Source: Chiloscyllium plagiosum
Lineage: Eukaryota
NCBI RefSeq assembly: GCF_004010195.1
Contig: NC_057751.1
Span: 11,936,466 to 12,000,465, forward strand
Length of the DNA stretch: 64,000 bases
Direction: 5' to 3'
The notes beneath the pieces were generated by a model, which was not told the origin of the DNA, ran no database searches, and worked only from the letters and a program-made list of their open reading frames with translations. Below, piece after piece: positions 1-58,435 of this stretch. A program made the position numbers and the translations under genes. Every line of letters begins with the position of its first letter. The stretch's first letter is position 1.

Positions 1-151
1 GCCCCTCCCCCAAGTCCCTCCTCCCTACCTTTTATCTTAGCCTGCTGGACACACTTTCCTCATTCCTGAAGAAGGGCTTAATGCCGAAACGTCGATTCTC
101 CTGTTCCTTGGATGCTGCCTGACCTGCTGCGCTTTTCCAGCAACACATTTT
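1..151 (+). mobile_element. Penelope-like element 3' terminus (pLTR) with minimal hammerhead core
   Basis: CTGAAGA (66-72), GGC/GCC stem, GAAACGTC (86-93), followed by gatgctgcctgacctgctgcgcttttccagc, which recurs at 7200-7250. Confidence 0.7.
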
Positions 152-514
152 GAGCATTTGGAGCCTCAACCATGCTTTACCATTCAATAAGATCGCAGCT
201 GATCTGATTGTGTCCTCAACTCCATTTTCCTGTCTGCCTCCCATAACTCTTGACTCTCTTATCCTTGTAATATATGCATTCCCACAGTGCTATGAGGAAA
301 TTTCAGGATTTTGAGCCAGTGAAGATGAAGATTTTTTGCCTTTGCTGATGCTGCTTGGTATGTTTCTCAGGTTGTTGATATGGTGATTGTAGTTTCATAA
401 CAAGTGAAATTCAGCAAGATTTCATCATGAATGGCCACTTGTTGAAATAAGTTTGTGTTCTCTGTTGCCTGACACATCAAAAATGTAAATCATTCAATTT
501 TTTTCCCTCAAAGG

Positions 515-755
515 ATGATAGGATCACTACACTGTGGAAGAAGGCCATTTGGCCCATTGAGTCCACATTGACCATCCAAAGAGCATCCATCCAGACCCCC
601 CACCTCCCCATCTCCATAACTGAATTTCCCATGGCTAATCCATCTAGCCTGCACATCCCTGGATACTACAGGACAATTTATCATGGCCAGTCCGCCTCAC
701 CTCACCTGTGGGATGAAATCGGAGCATCTGGGCTAATGTCACGCAGACACATGGA
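515..755 (-). mobile_element. degenerate HE1/V-SINE fragment
   Basis: similar to the intact copy at 43954-44328 (tail aggccatttggccc, cctgcacatc, cacgcagacac). Confidence 0.6.
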
Positions 756-1013
756 CCATGTACATGCTCCACTCAGTCATCCGCGTTCCTGGCACTGTGA
801 TGATTACTCCTTCCTGTTGTTGTGGTCTGCCTTTGACATTGGAAAACTCCCATGAGAAACTAAGGAAAATATATATAATTGTGGAATCATATGGAATTCT
901 TTCTTTGCCATTGAGTACATTGCCTGTGTTTTGATTAAATTGAACTTTTGGCCATTCAACAAGAAATAAATTGGAGCTATCGTCACAAGTGAACTGCATT
1001 TCTCCCTCCTCAG

Positions 1014-47127
<46,114 letters not shown>

Positions 47128-49700
47128 ATGCTGTTACACTTGATACTGTACAGGATTCTGTGCAGACATTTAAATTATGTATACTCATTTACAATATTGC
47201 CTCCACACAACTAGAGTGTCAACCACCTTTACCAATTCATCCATGTTAAAGATAATGCTTCTGTATTTTACGTTTCATTTTTCTCAAGAAAATCTTCTGC
47301 CATTTCCAATCTTTGAAGGAAATTACAACTGAATACCTCTTACATTTTTACAATTTTTTTTCTGAAATATTTGAAATATTTGATTCAATTGGAGAAATTC
47401 TGCTGTTTAAACATGCCCAGTTACTCTCTTCAGATACTTGATAAGCAATAGAATGGAGGGGAAGAAACAATCACGACTAACAAGTCATTAATTTTACTGT
47501 TTTGAAGATTACAATATCTTGTAACCAGTGTGCTCTGTCCCTCTTGTTTGTTTAAATAACATGCTTCTGATGTTTTCTGCAGAAGGTGAAAGTGCTTCAT
47601 ATTGTTTGATCACTCTGATGAACTCATGTTTCTCTGCTGGTTGCCCAGTCAGAAGCCCGTATTATACCTGCAGCAGAGTAGATTAACATTATTTGACTTC
47701 ACAATTTATTAAGCACCTAATTTGAAAACATCTGAGCTCTTGCTTCAAATGTGTCCCAATTTTAAATTGAGTTTGAAATATCAACGCTTTAAAACAAGTT
47801 TCATTTTATTTGATATTTTGTTTCTACACCTGAATGCAACTTCTGACACTTGATGAGGGAGGCAACCTCTGCTCGTGTTGCCTTGTATTTTGCAGCATGA
47901 AAGCTGTGACAGTTGCTCTGAATTGATTTTTTTTTTGTAAAGAGAACCTTAATCACTGGGTGCTCATCATGGCAATGAATTTCAGATGTGAAGTTGTATC
48001 TGACCACCATGTGGTACAACATTGCTGTGTGTTAAACTAGCTGCTGTAAAGTTACTCCTTGGTACCACTGACAACTCATTGTCATTGTTTGGTTTTGTAC
48101 TTCAGGAAACCACACACTTCAGCTGCAGTGTTGAATGTTCATTTCAATACCTTTACTAAGTGAAATATTAATGGAAATCTCATGTAGCACAATGCACATA
48201 ACTTGCATTTGGTGCTAGAGGGCTTCTTGACAAGCTCTTGTACATTGTAGTGAATGCTATCTGGTAGACATAACAGCAGAATTAATTCAAACATGGCTGT
48301 AAGGACATGGCAACCAAAATGACTGTCTACCCAGTAAAACATGACGGGGACAGACTTGGACAAATCTTATTCATTTCCTGCATGGACAATATCTGTCCCC
48401 TGGATAAATTGCACATGACATGTTTAATGGAACTTAATTTTACAATTTGGTAAATGTGATTTACTATGCTATGATATTTTGCAGAATTTTTAATTGCATT
48501 TCTGATTCAAGCTCTCTTTATTTATATGTAATCTATTCTCTGAAGCAAATAATCTTGTAGTCTCCAACAAAAACAGGTTTAAATTCTTCTTGGATTTGGG
48601 ATGCTGTTATGTGTAGGGTTATTGTTTAAATTCCCATAAGAATGCATTGTTTATCATGAAAATAATCTTGGATAATGGTTAATTACAACACTGGTCCATG
48701 TAACCCTGTTTTTTTTTTTGCCATGCTTTTTGAAATAAAGTCGAGTACACATCCTAAAATATTCCAACAAGTGAAGCATTGCCAGTCATGCATCTAAATG
48801 TATGATTCTGAAGTTAAGGACTGGATTTTAACTCAAAGTGGGTATCTTTGAATGAGTTTGAATCTCTTGCTGCTCTTCGATTTGAGTGGTGACAGTAGAC
48901 TCTACGATTAAATATGGGCATTATGTTTGATGCAGGCAGACTTTAACTTTCTAGTTTCAATGTGCTCTGCACATGAGCTTATGGCTTTTCATTAAACATT
49001 CAACTGACAGATGAATTCCATTCAAACATTTTCATTACACTGATAAAACTCAATTTACACAATTTAGAATTGGTATTCATTGGAATTTTTCAGTTTCTGA
49101 GTGGAGGAATGCATTGTAAAGGTCTTACATTGTAAAGGTCTTCCAGCATATCTCACTTCAATTTCACACAAATACATCAGATTGAAATATGCTCAAAGCC
49201 ATTTGTCTTTTTTTGTGTGGTCTGGATAGAATATTGTACCTTACTGTGAGCCAGGTAATAATATTGGTGACTTTTGGTGCAATAAACAAAATCTATTAGT
49301 CAGGAGCTGTTTGATGTTCTTTCAGGTGGATTACCTATTTATACATTTCAGTCTAAAGCCACATTTAGTTGTGTAACTTAATCAAGAAGTGAGTTCAAAG
49401 TTGAGAGATTTGAGAGAACCTTGATGAACCAACTGAAGTTTAGTTGGTGGGGTTACTTCTATTCACCAAAACCAGATTTGAGGTTAGAATTCACTCCCAG
49501 GTATCCATCAATCTAATTGTAACAAAACTCTTTACTTCACTTGAATATTTGCACTCCTTTAAAAATAGTGTTTTACTTTTTTCAAAAATTATGATTTTTC
49601 TTATGAGATGTAAAGATATTATGCACCTGTGGATTACAAAGGGCTTTTATTTAATCTGTGTAAAGCGCAATAGTGAAATAAAAATGATTCTTTTTCTTAG
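47128..49700 (+). other. putative ADAM9 3' UTR with candidate poly(A) signals
   Basis: AT-rich with no recognisable TE; AATAAA at 48734-48739, 49281-49286 and 49677-49682; true end unknown. Confidence 0.55.
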
Positions 49701-50842
49701 TTGAAGTATTCATTTAATCCAACCGAGATCTATTTGAAGTGTGACAATCATATGTTCATTAATAAGGACAGTGACTCTGACCTTTGGCCACACTTGATTT
49801 GATGGTTTGCTTTACCCTTCACTGTACAGCTTTGTCATTAATTTTCCACTTTAAAACGTGAGCAATATTTCCTATGGTTCTCTGTTTTCACTGTGTTGAT
49901 TCATCTGGCCAAATAATGACTGTGTCTTCAAACGTATTGGCAGTATCAGAAACTCCTCACCAGAAGTCAGTTCCTGCTTTGTATTGAAAATGTTCTCATG
50001 TGGGTTCTTTGGATTTCATACAACATTTATTAACAGACAGTATATAATGGTGAGGGTATACAGCAGCATGCTCCATTTCATACATTTTCCTATCTAGTAG
50101 AGTATAAGTACACAGGTACAGAGATCGTAAGTCCTTGGACACCATTAACAAAGATAGGAAGAAGTAATACCATGGAGAAGTGTGAAAACGGGTAAGAAAA
50201 AGTTCAGACCCATTGGTTTTCTGTTAAGCAATGAGCATCAGGATTTTTGATTGAGCAGGACATGTACAACTAAAGATTTTGTTTCACAGCAGCACAGAAC
50301 TGGTGAAACAACAGGAAATAAACTGCACAGTCTCTTCAGAGGCTGGTAGAATTGAAAGTAATTTGGAACAAGAAACAATTTGACTTCTGGAGCAGTTATG
50401 ATTACATCTCAAGCAAGGAATGCAAACATTCTACATACAATGTTCCAATAAAAAGTGAATCCTCTAAAGTATTATAAAGATTGTCTGCATTCGTCCCAGG
50501 AGTAGAGTATCCAGTTTTGGTTCACTTACCTTAGGAAGGATAGATGGTGTATAACAGATCTAATCCCTGGAATGGATGACTTTGGGATGAAACCAAACCA
50601 AAATCTCCAAGGTTTAGAGATGATGTTTCCCCTAGCTCGAGAAGGTCTATACATTTGAACCAAAATATTTGGACTCCAGTATTCACATTCTCTGGCAATA
50701 AAGACCAATATATGACTTGCCTTCCTAATTTCTTGTTGAATATTTATGTTGGCGTTTTTAGGATTTGAATTTTTAAGTACTTTAAACTTTACAACATATT
50801 ACTGTTAAGTTTTGTTGTGGACAATATTAGCTAACTTACTTG

Positions 50843-51342
50843 NNNNNNNNNNNNNNNNNNNNNNNNNNNNNNNNNNNNNNNNNNNNNNNNNNNNNNNNNN
50901 NNNNNNNNNNNNNNNNNNNNNNNNNNNNNNNNNNNNNNNNNNNNNNNNNNNNNNNNNNNNNNNNNNNNNNNNNNNNNNNNNNNNNNNNNNNNNNNNNNNN
51001 NNNNNNNNNNNNNNNNNNNNNNNNNNNNNNNNNNNNNNNNNNNNNNNNNNNNNNNNNNNNNNNNNNNNNNNNNNNNNNNNNNNNNNNNNNNNNNNNNNNN
51101 NNNNNNNNNNNNNNNNNNNNNNNNNNNNNNNNNNNNNNNNNNNNNNNNNNNNNNNNNNNNNNNNNNNNNNNNNNNNNNNNNNNNNNNNNNNNNNNNNNNN
51201 NNNNNNNNNNNNNNNNNNNNNNNNNNNNNNNNNNNNNNNNNNNNNNNNNNNNNNNNNNNNNNNNNNNNNNNNNNNNNNNNNNNNNNNNNNNNNNNNNNNN
51301 NNNNNNNNNNNNNNNNNNNNNNNNNNNNNNNNNNNNNNNNNN
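50843..51342. other. assembly gap (500 N)
   Basis: run of N. Confidence 1.
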
Positions 51343-53833
51343 CCAGACCTTTTCAGAGTAAATGGCTTTAAATGTCAATCGGTGTGAAATATTGACACTG
51401 GCACTGTTATATTTGACCTTTCTAATGCCCTGTCTTATTACATTAATGAATGTGTGTTCAACAGCAGTTAGATTCCCACTTGTTCCATTTAAAGTGACCA
51501 TAAACTACATCTAAGTCATTGTTGATTGTCTGAGTTTGGAAAAAATGCCATGAGATTTCTATCTTTGTTAAAAGTTGGTGAATGTATGGGAAATGGTACT
51601 ACATTGATTTGAAGTCTCAGTTTTAACTTCAAGGGCTCTCATGATGATTTACTCTCAGTTACAAGAGCTACAGTTTTTGTTTCCCTTGATTTGCCTTTGG
51701 AATGTGTGTTTCACTGGTTGAGCAAACATTTATTGACTATCCTGAGTCAAGCTTGAGAAGGTGGTGGTTAGCCATTGCCTTTAACTGCTACAATTTTTGG
51801 GAGAGAATTCCAGGATTCTGACCCAGTGACTGCAGAAGAACAGTGATACATTTCCAAGTTGGAATAATGTATGGTAACTTGCAACTTGCAAGTGCTCCTT
51901 TGTTTGGTCTGGATGATAGAGGGTACAAGTTTGAAAGGTGCTGCTAAAGATGCTTTAGCTGACACAAGTGTGCTCAGGTGATCAGATTAAAACGGACTGA
52001 GCATTATGATATGAAGATAGGCAGCTTGACCACTTCAGGTTTTCTACTTCTGTGCTTGCAACACAGTAAAATTAAACCTTCAAAGACCCTCAAAATTGAT
52101 TGCAGTGGTTCTAAACCAGATGTTTTGAATAAGTATTCTCATAATCTGCGAATATTCAATTCCAGGCACAGTTTGCCTCTTAAACAAAAGACTTTGCAAT
52201 TTATTAGCAATATTGTTAGTTTAGCAGAAGAAAATTATACAAATAGTAATCTACTTGATCTATGGTTTAAATTCAAAAAATGGTGTTTTCAGCTCATTGA
52301 AACAAAAAACAGATTGACAAACAACAGTTCAGGTTTATAAAAAAAAGGAAAATAACAAAACTGGACAGATTACAACAGTGGTTTTCACAATGCATTATTC
52401 CACATGCACATATAATGGTTTTTTTGGGTGACGTTCTGAAGATGTCAATCAGGGTCACCTTTTCAGTTCACTCAGATAATGACAGTGATACTTCGGTTTC
52501 TGTTCTCAGAGCTCCAAGAGCTGCTCATGGGAGGTCAGGTAGGAAGTGGGATGTTTTATCTCTTCCTCCAATTCTATTTTCATTTAGTTCTTGCCCTTCC
52601 CGTCACCTTTGATTTCATGTCAGCATTGCTCACTCTGGGCTTTGCTTGTCACTGGTTCCTTGGCAAACCCTATCAACACAATCTTCTAGTCTGAGAAAGG
52701 GTATAACTCAGTCTTTGTGACTGCATTCGCACCCCTGTAGTTGACATGTAATCTAATCGAACTACCTGGTTTAGGAATCAATACCAATTACTCTGCCTTG
52801 GTTTGATCAATTGAATCTCCAACATATATTGAATTTGCCTTGTTACTTTGTTTTGTTTCTCCAGGTTGAAACCAATATGGATTTTGTTTTATTTGGTCCA
52901 AATTACATACAACCATGTCATGTTCAGTTAACGTGGGTCAACCAAATGTACTTTTGCAAACTTCTTTAAATTTCTGAGCAATGTCACCATACCTCTCTGT
53001 TGATGTTTCTCAACCTAAGAAAATAAAGTGATAAACTACTTAAATTCAGAAATTATTAAATCTCAGAGTAGGAAGTTCACTTCGCAAGCTGTCCTTTTCT
53101 CCTTGGGTCTCATCCTTCTTTCTAATATCCACCTCTACTATACTTTCTACCTGACACACCTGTACATTCTCATCTTTGTTTCTACAACAGTACTGTTTTC
53201 ATGTGTTCACATGACATAATCCTGACAGTAGAAAAAAAATTATTATCAATTAAATCTGTTTCCTGACCGACCCTTTTAGTTACTTCATAGGGACCACTGA
53301 AGTTTGCTTTTAATGGCTCACTTGGAAAGGCAACAGTACCAAAACTTCATGTCCTACTTTAAAATTTTTGATCATCACATATTTATCTGCACATTCTTTC
53401 ATTTTGATTTGGGAAGTTTTTCGGTGTTCTGTGCAACTCCACATGCCCTTGCAACTTTTTGAGGAATGTGACCACATAGTCAAAACACTGAAGCTTTGTT
53501 TTTCTGACTTACCAATTTTTCTCTCATCACTTTTTTTACCCTCTTTTACTCTCATCACCCTCTTATTTCATGGCCAGAAACTCATTCGAATGGGCTAATG
53601 CCAGTAGATTTATTTGGAGTATCTCAGGTTGAAAATTAGAGAAATTCTGAACCTTTATGCCAATCCTTTAGCTTCGATTGTTCTTAGGGGAATAGCCTCT
53701 GGGAATAGAGTAGTCATTTCCATATTGGGTAAGGATATATTCATTTCCAGCTTTCGATTTAGATAATGATCCTACACAAACCACTAGTACACAGAATCGT
53801 CCTCAGAAACTGCTGTAGGAATCAGGGTACTTG

Positions 53834-54490
53834 TGTGACAGTACTATGCTTTTCAGACAAATTTGTTCTGAGCTGTTTCTTTTGCAGAGAGGTATTTCCA
53901 CGGTGTTGCAGAATGCCTGCTTCAGAAACAGTGGGTAAAAAGCTTTGAGCTCCCTGAGTGTTTTTTTTAACTGGACAAAAGAAGCATGAGCAGGTGAAAT
54001 CAGGCTCATACAGGCACAGGGTTTTAATTTTGCTTGCATGTTTGGAGTTGGCTGTTGAAACTGTTAGATACAGTTGTCACTCTGCTGCAGCGAAAAGCTC
54101 AAGTTTTCTCTCCGCTGCTCAATTGTTTCTTTCGATGTTCCTTTCTTCTGGATTCGAAGGGAAGTAGCAGTTGAAAAAAATCTGTCTTGCTGCATTTGCC
54201 TTTGCCAAGGGTGTGTTTATGGGATACTGCTATATTGGAACAGTGATGATTACTTGTTAATTAACATTTTATTAAGTATTTCAGTCAAGTTAAAGTTAGG
54301 CCAATTCATTTTGTGTTTGTGTTTTAAGTGTTGTAAGTATAAAGTGCGTTTTGCTTACAGCCTATTGGTGGACCAATCGAATCACATCTAGAACACAGCA
54401 TCTTAAATTTGCCTTTAAATAAAATAAAAAGTTAGGGCCTAGGCTATCTCCTTGATATTTTTGGAGGGCGTTTGGTCTCATCCAATAACA
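53834..54490 (+). mobile_element. solo LTR related to family A, inserted in the Gypsy integrase
   Basis: TGTGACA...ATAACA; shares ttgccaagggtgtgtttatggga and ggagggcgtttggtc with 43308-43939; TSD not evident. Confidence 0.7.
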
Positions 54491-55029
54491 TTAGTTTATT
54501 CACATGTTTGTGTTCACCTACAATTTGATAAGTATGACACAGTTTACAAAACTGCATCACATCTTCATGCAATTTTGGCCCAAGTGAAATACCTGTTCAT
54601 GAATGCCTAAGTTTTCAGAATTCTCCACATGTCCTGCAATGGAAATTTCATGTGTTATTCACAATATCTCCATATGATAGCTGGGCGATACCACTATCTG
54701 ATGAAAAACTGATCCTTTCTTCAGCTGTGGATTGGTGAAGGCGAGTCGCCACTTCCTCATCAGCTCTTTTTTCTTAAAGTATGTATTTTAAAGTAATAGC
54801 ACTTGGGAATTTCTTTGACCTCTATAAGCTGACTGTTTTATTTTATTTCATTCAAGATCTGTTTTTTATATTGTAACTTGCGATGTTTGACCAAACACTC
54901 CACCTGGTTGTTTTTGCCTTTTTGGAAAATTTCAGCGCCTTTCACTTTCTGTGGTGTCATATCAAATTTGATTGATGGATTTTGTGAAACCATTGTCCTG
55001 GTTACTACACAAAGGAAAGACACCAGGAA

Positions 55030-57030
55030 CCTATTCTAAAAATTGTTCTCCTTTGGACTTTCTCATACCTTTAGTCCTGCCAAATCCTTCCCCAGATTTA
55101 AGCACTCCCTCAATTGCTTCTCCTATAACAAATCTAGTTGTACTCTATGTACTATTTCAGTACAGTTAAGACACTTACAACCACCTGACAATATGGAAAA
55201 TTTCCCAAGTATGTCCTGTACATTAAAAGCAGGATAAATCCAACCCGGCCAATTACTGACCCATCATTCTACTGTCGATCATGATGGAAGACGTCAACAA
55301 CAGTGCAATCTAGCAGCACCTACTCAGTATCGTACACTTTGGGTTCTGCCAGGAGCACTCAGTTCCTGACCTCATTACAACCTTAGTTCAAACATGGACA
55401 AAACAGCTGAATTACAGACGTGAGGTGAGGGTAACAGCCCTTGACATCAAGGCTGCATTCAACCAAGGGTGGCATCAAGAAGCCCTAGCAAAACTGGTAT
55501 CAATAGCTATCAGGAGCCAAACTCTCCAGTAGTTAGTCATACCTGACACATAGGAAGATGGCTGTGGTTGCTGGAGATTAGTCATCCCCTCAGGGTAGTG
55601 TCCTTGGTCCAACCATCTTTCAGCTGCTTCATCAATGACCTTCCCTCTGTCTTAAGGTCAGACGTGGGATGTTCACCAATGATTGCACAATGTTCAACAC
55701 TGTTCGCGACTCCTCAGACACCGAAGCAGTATATGACAAATGCAACAAGATCTGGACAGTATCCAGGCCTGGGCTGACAAGTGGCAAGTAGCATTCGCAT
55801 GACACAAAGCCAGGTTATGACCACCATTAATAAGTGACAATCTAACCATCGTCCCTGGACATTCAATGGTGTTACTGTCACAGAATCCCCCACTTTCAAC
55901 ATCCTGGGAGTTATCATTGATCAGAAACTCAACTGGACTCACCACATAAGCATGGTGGCTATTAGAGCAGGTCAGAAGCTAGGAACACTGCAGCAAGTAA
56001 CTCACCTCCTGACTCCCAAAACCTGTCAACCATCTACAAGGCACAAGTCAGGAGTGTGATGGAATACTCCCCACTGAGAGTCATAGAGGCGTACAGCATG
56101 GAAACAGACCCTTCGGTCCAACCCGGCCATGCCGACCGGATATCCCAACCCAATCTAGTCCCACCTCCCAGCACCTGGCCCCTATCCCTCCAATGTCTTC
56201 CTATTCATATACCCATCCAAATATCTTTTAAATGTTCCACCACTTCCTCTGGCAGCTCATTCCATACACGTACCACCCTGTGTGTGAAAAAGTTGCCCCT
56301 TAGGTCTCTTTTATATCTTTCCCCTCTCACCCTAAACCTATGCCCTCTAGTTCTGGACTCTCCGACCCCAGGGAAAAGACTTTGACCATTTATCCTATCC
56401 ATGACCCTCATAATTTTGTAAACCTCTATAAGGTCACCCCTCAACCTCCGATGCTCCAGGGAAAACAGCCCCAGCATGTTCAGCCTCTCCCTATAGCTCA
56501 AATCCTCCAAACCTGGCAACATCCTTGTAAGTCTTTTCTGAACCCTTTCAGGTTTCACAACATCTTGATTGGATAGCTCAGCCCCAAAAACACTCAAGAA
56601 GCTTGACACCATCCAGGACAAAGAAGCCCACTTGATTGGCACTGCATACACAAGCATCCACTCCCTCCTCCACCACTGATGCTCAGTAACAGAGGTGTAT
56701 ACTAGCTACAAGATGCACTGCACAAATACATCAAAGATCCTCAGACAGGACCTTCGAAATTCACAACCACTTGCATCTAGAAGGACAAGGGCAGCAGATG
56801 TATGGGAACACCACCACCTTCGAGTTCCCCTCCAAACCACTCACCATCCTGAGTTGGAAATATATTGCCATTCCCTCACTATCACTGGATCCAAATCCTG
56901 GACTTCCCTCCCTAATGGCATTGTAGTCAACACAGAGCAGATGGACTGCAAAAGTTCAGGAAGGCAGCTCAAGAGCATGGACAGTAAATACAGTGACACC
57001 CAATTCCCACAAAATGAACTTTATGAAAAA
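55030..57030 (+). mobile_element. CR1-clade LINE (same family as 13290-14816), split by an antisense CR1
   Basis: ALDIKAAFNQGWH, FINDLPS, VRSVMEYSPL|...LKKLDTIQDK. Confidence 0.88.
56076..56564 (-). mobile_element. young CR1/HER1 3' end nested in the LINE
   Basis: RLRGDLIEVYKIMR...WNELPEEVVE. Confidence 0.92.
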
Positions 57031-58084
57031 TGGAACCTGAATATATTCTTCACTATTCCCATTAATTAATACCTATTGAAGTCTGTGGACAGAAAATCAA
57101 ATCTTTATCCAGTAAACATAATTGTGTTGCCCCTGTCTATCTTAGTATGGTTAGAGATTTAGCTACCTCACCTGAAGAGAAAGGAATTTCCTTTGCTTCT
57201 GATAAAAACTCCCACATACCTCTCAACCTGCCATACACATTTTTTTTAACCAATGACAGAATTCACCTCGAGACCTTTCTTACAGCGAGAGCTGCAACCC
57301 AGTCCAAGATATTACCTTTTTGTGTTCACTTATCTGACTCATTTTACAAACTCTTATAAGTTCCATTAGTCACCTCGAAACTTCCATCATTCCGAATGCA
57401 CATGGTCCAACTTACGACAATAGAACATTTAAGCTTTTTAAACTTCACCTCCACCCTCAACAATTTCCTTCTTGATCTGAGGAATAGCGTTTGGTATGTT
57501 TCCTACTGTCCATTCTCTGCCCTGACTGCCTGCCTTCCTTTCACTCTCCCACTTCTTATTCTTCTCAGTTTTCTGGGATTGACAGAAAAACACTTTATGG
57601 ATCAATCCATCACCATCAGCTTTTGCTATTGCTGCCCTTTGGTCTTCTACAGGAGTTTTGATAGTAGAAAATTGGGAAGTTTTAAATTCTTCCAAAAGGA
57701 TAATTTCCCTGAGAGAATCCTAAGTATTCTCATCTTTTAACACTCTTACCCACCTATCAAAATTATTTTGTTACAGTCTCTCCACTCAGCATTGGTTTGT
57801 CCAGGCTGTTTCTCCAAGTTCCAAAACCTCAACCTGTATGATTCAGGATGAATTTATATGAGCTAAGAATAGAAGTTTTCATCTCATAATCCTTAGAATA
57901 TTCTTCTGATATGTCTCTATAGTCTCTTTTGCTTTATCAGTTAATTTACATTGCATGGTCAAGGTCCAATCTGCTTTTGGTCACCTCAGATGTTACTATA
58001 TCCTCAAAACACATGGAAAATAACTCCATTTCCTTTTCTTCAAATTTTGGCAGAGCCTGCAATGCTCCTGACTAAGCCGCACAT

Positions 58085-58435
58085 TAGGAGTCATAAAGCA
58101 AGGAAAGAAGCTCTTCAGTTCAAATTCATCCATACCAACCAAGTTTCCCGAACTAAACTAATCCCATTAGACTGCGTTTGGCCAATATCCCTCTAAACCT
58201 TTCCGATTCACATACCTGCCCAAAAGTCTTTTTATAGTCGTAACTGTACCCTGCATCTACCACTTCTCTGGCAATTCATTCCACATACAAACCATCCTAT
58301 GTGCAAAAAAGTTGGCTCGCAGGTCCCTTTTAAATTTTTTTCCTCTCACTTTAAAATTATGCCCTCTAGTTTTGAACTCCCCAACAGGAGGGAAATGACC
58401 CTTGCTGTTCACCTTATCTATGCCCCTCATGATTA
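58085..58435 (-). mobile_element. CR1 3' fragment
   Basis: tatgccctctagttttgaactcc, ctatgcccctcatgatt. Confidence 0.8.

Larger units (their letters stand above)
52660..58080 (-). mobile_element. decayed Gmr1-like Ty3/Gypsy LTR retrotransposon internal region
   Basis: minus-strand remnants in order: gag (ALPKFEEKE..., REIILLEEFK, YCRKLDHVHSE*W), CVVTR linker, integrase (HEISIAGHV, PEAIPLRTI, FSGPYEV), RT N-terminus (IPKPGSSIRLHVNYRGANAVTKT). Confidence 0.8.

Noticed and set aside
50812..51501. Three long ORFs (173-221 aa)
   Set aside because: Artefacts of the 500-N gap.
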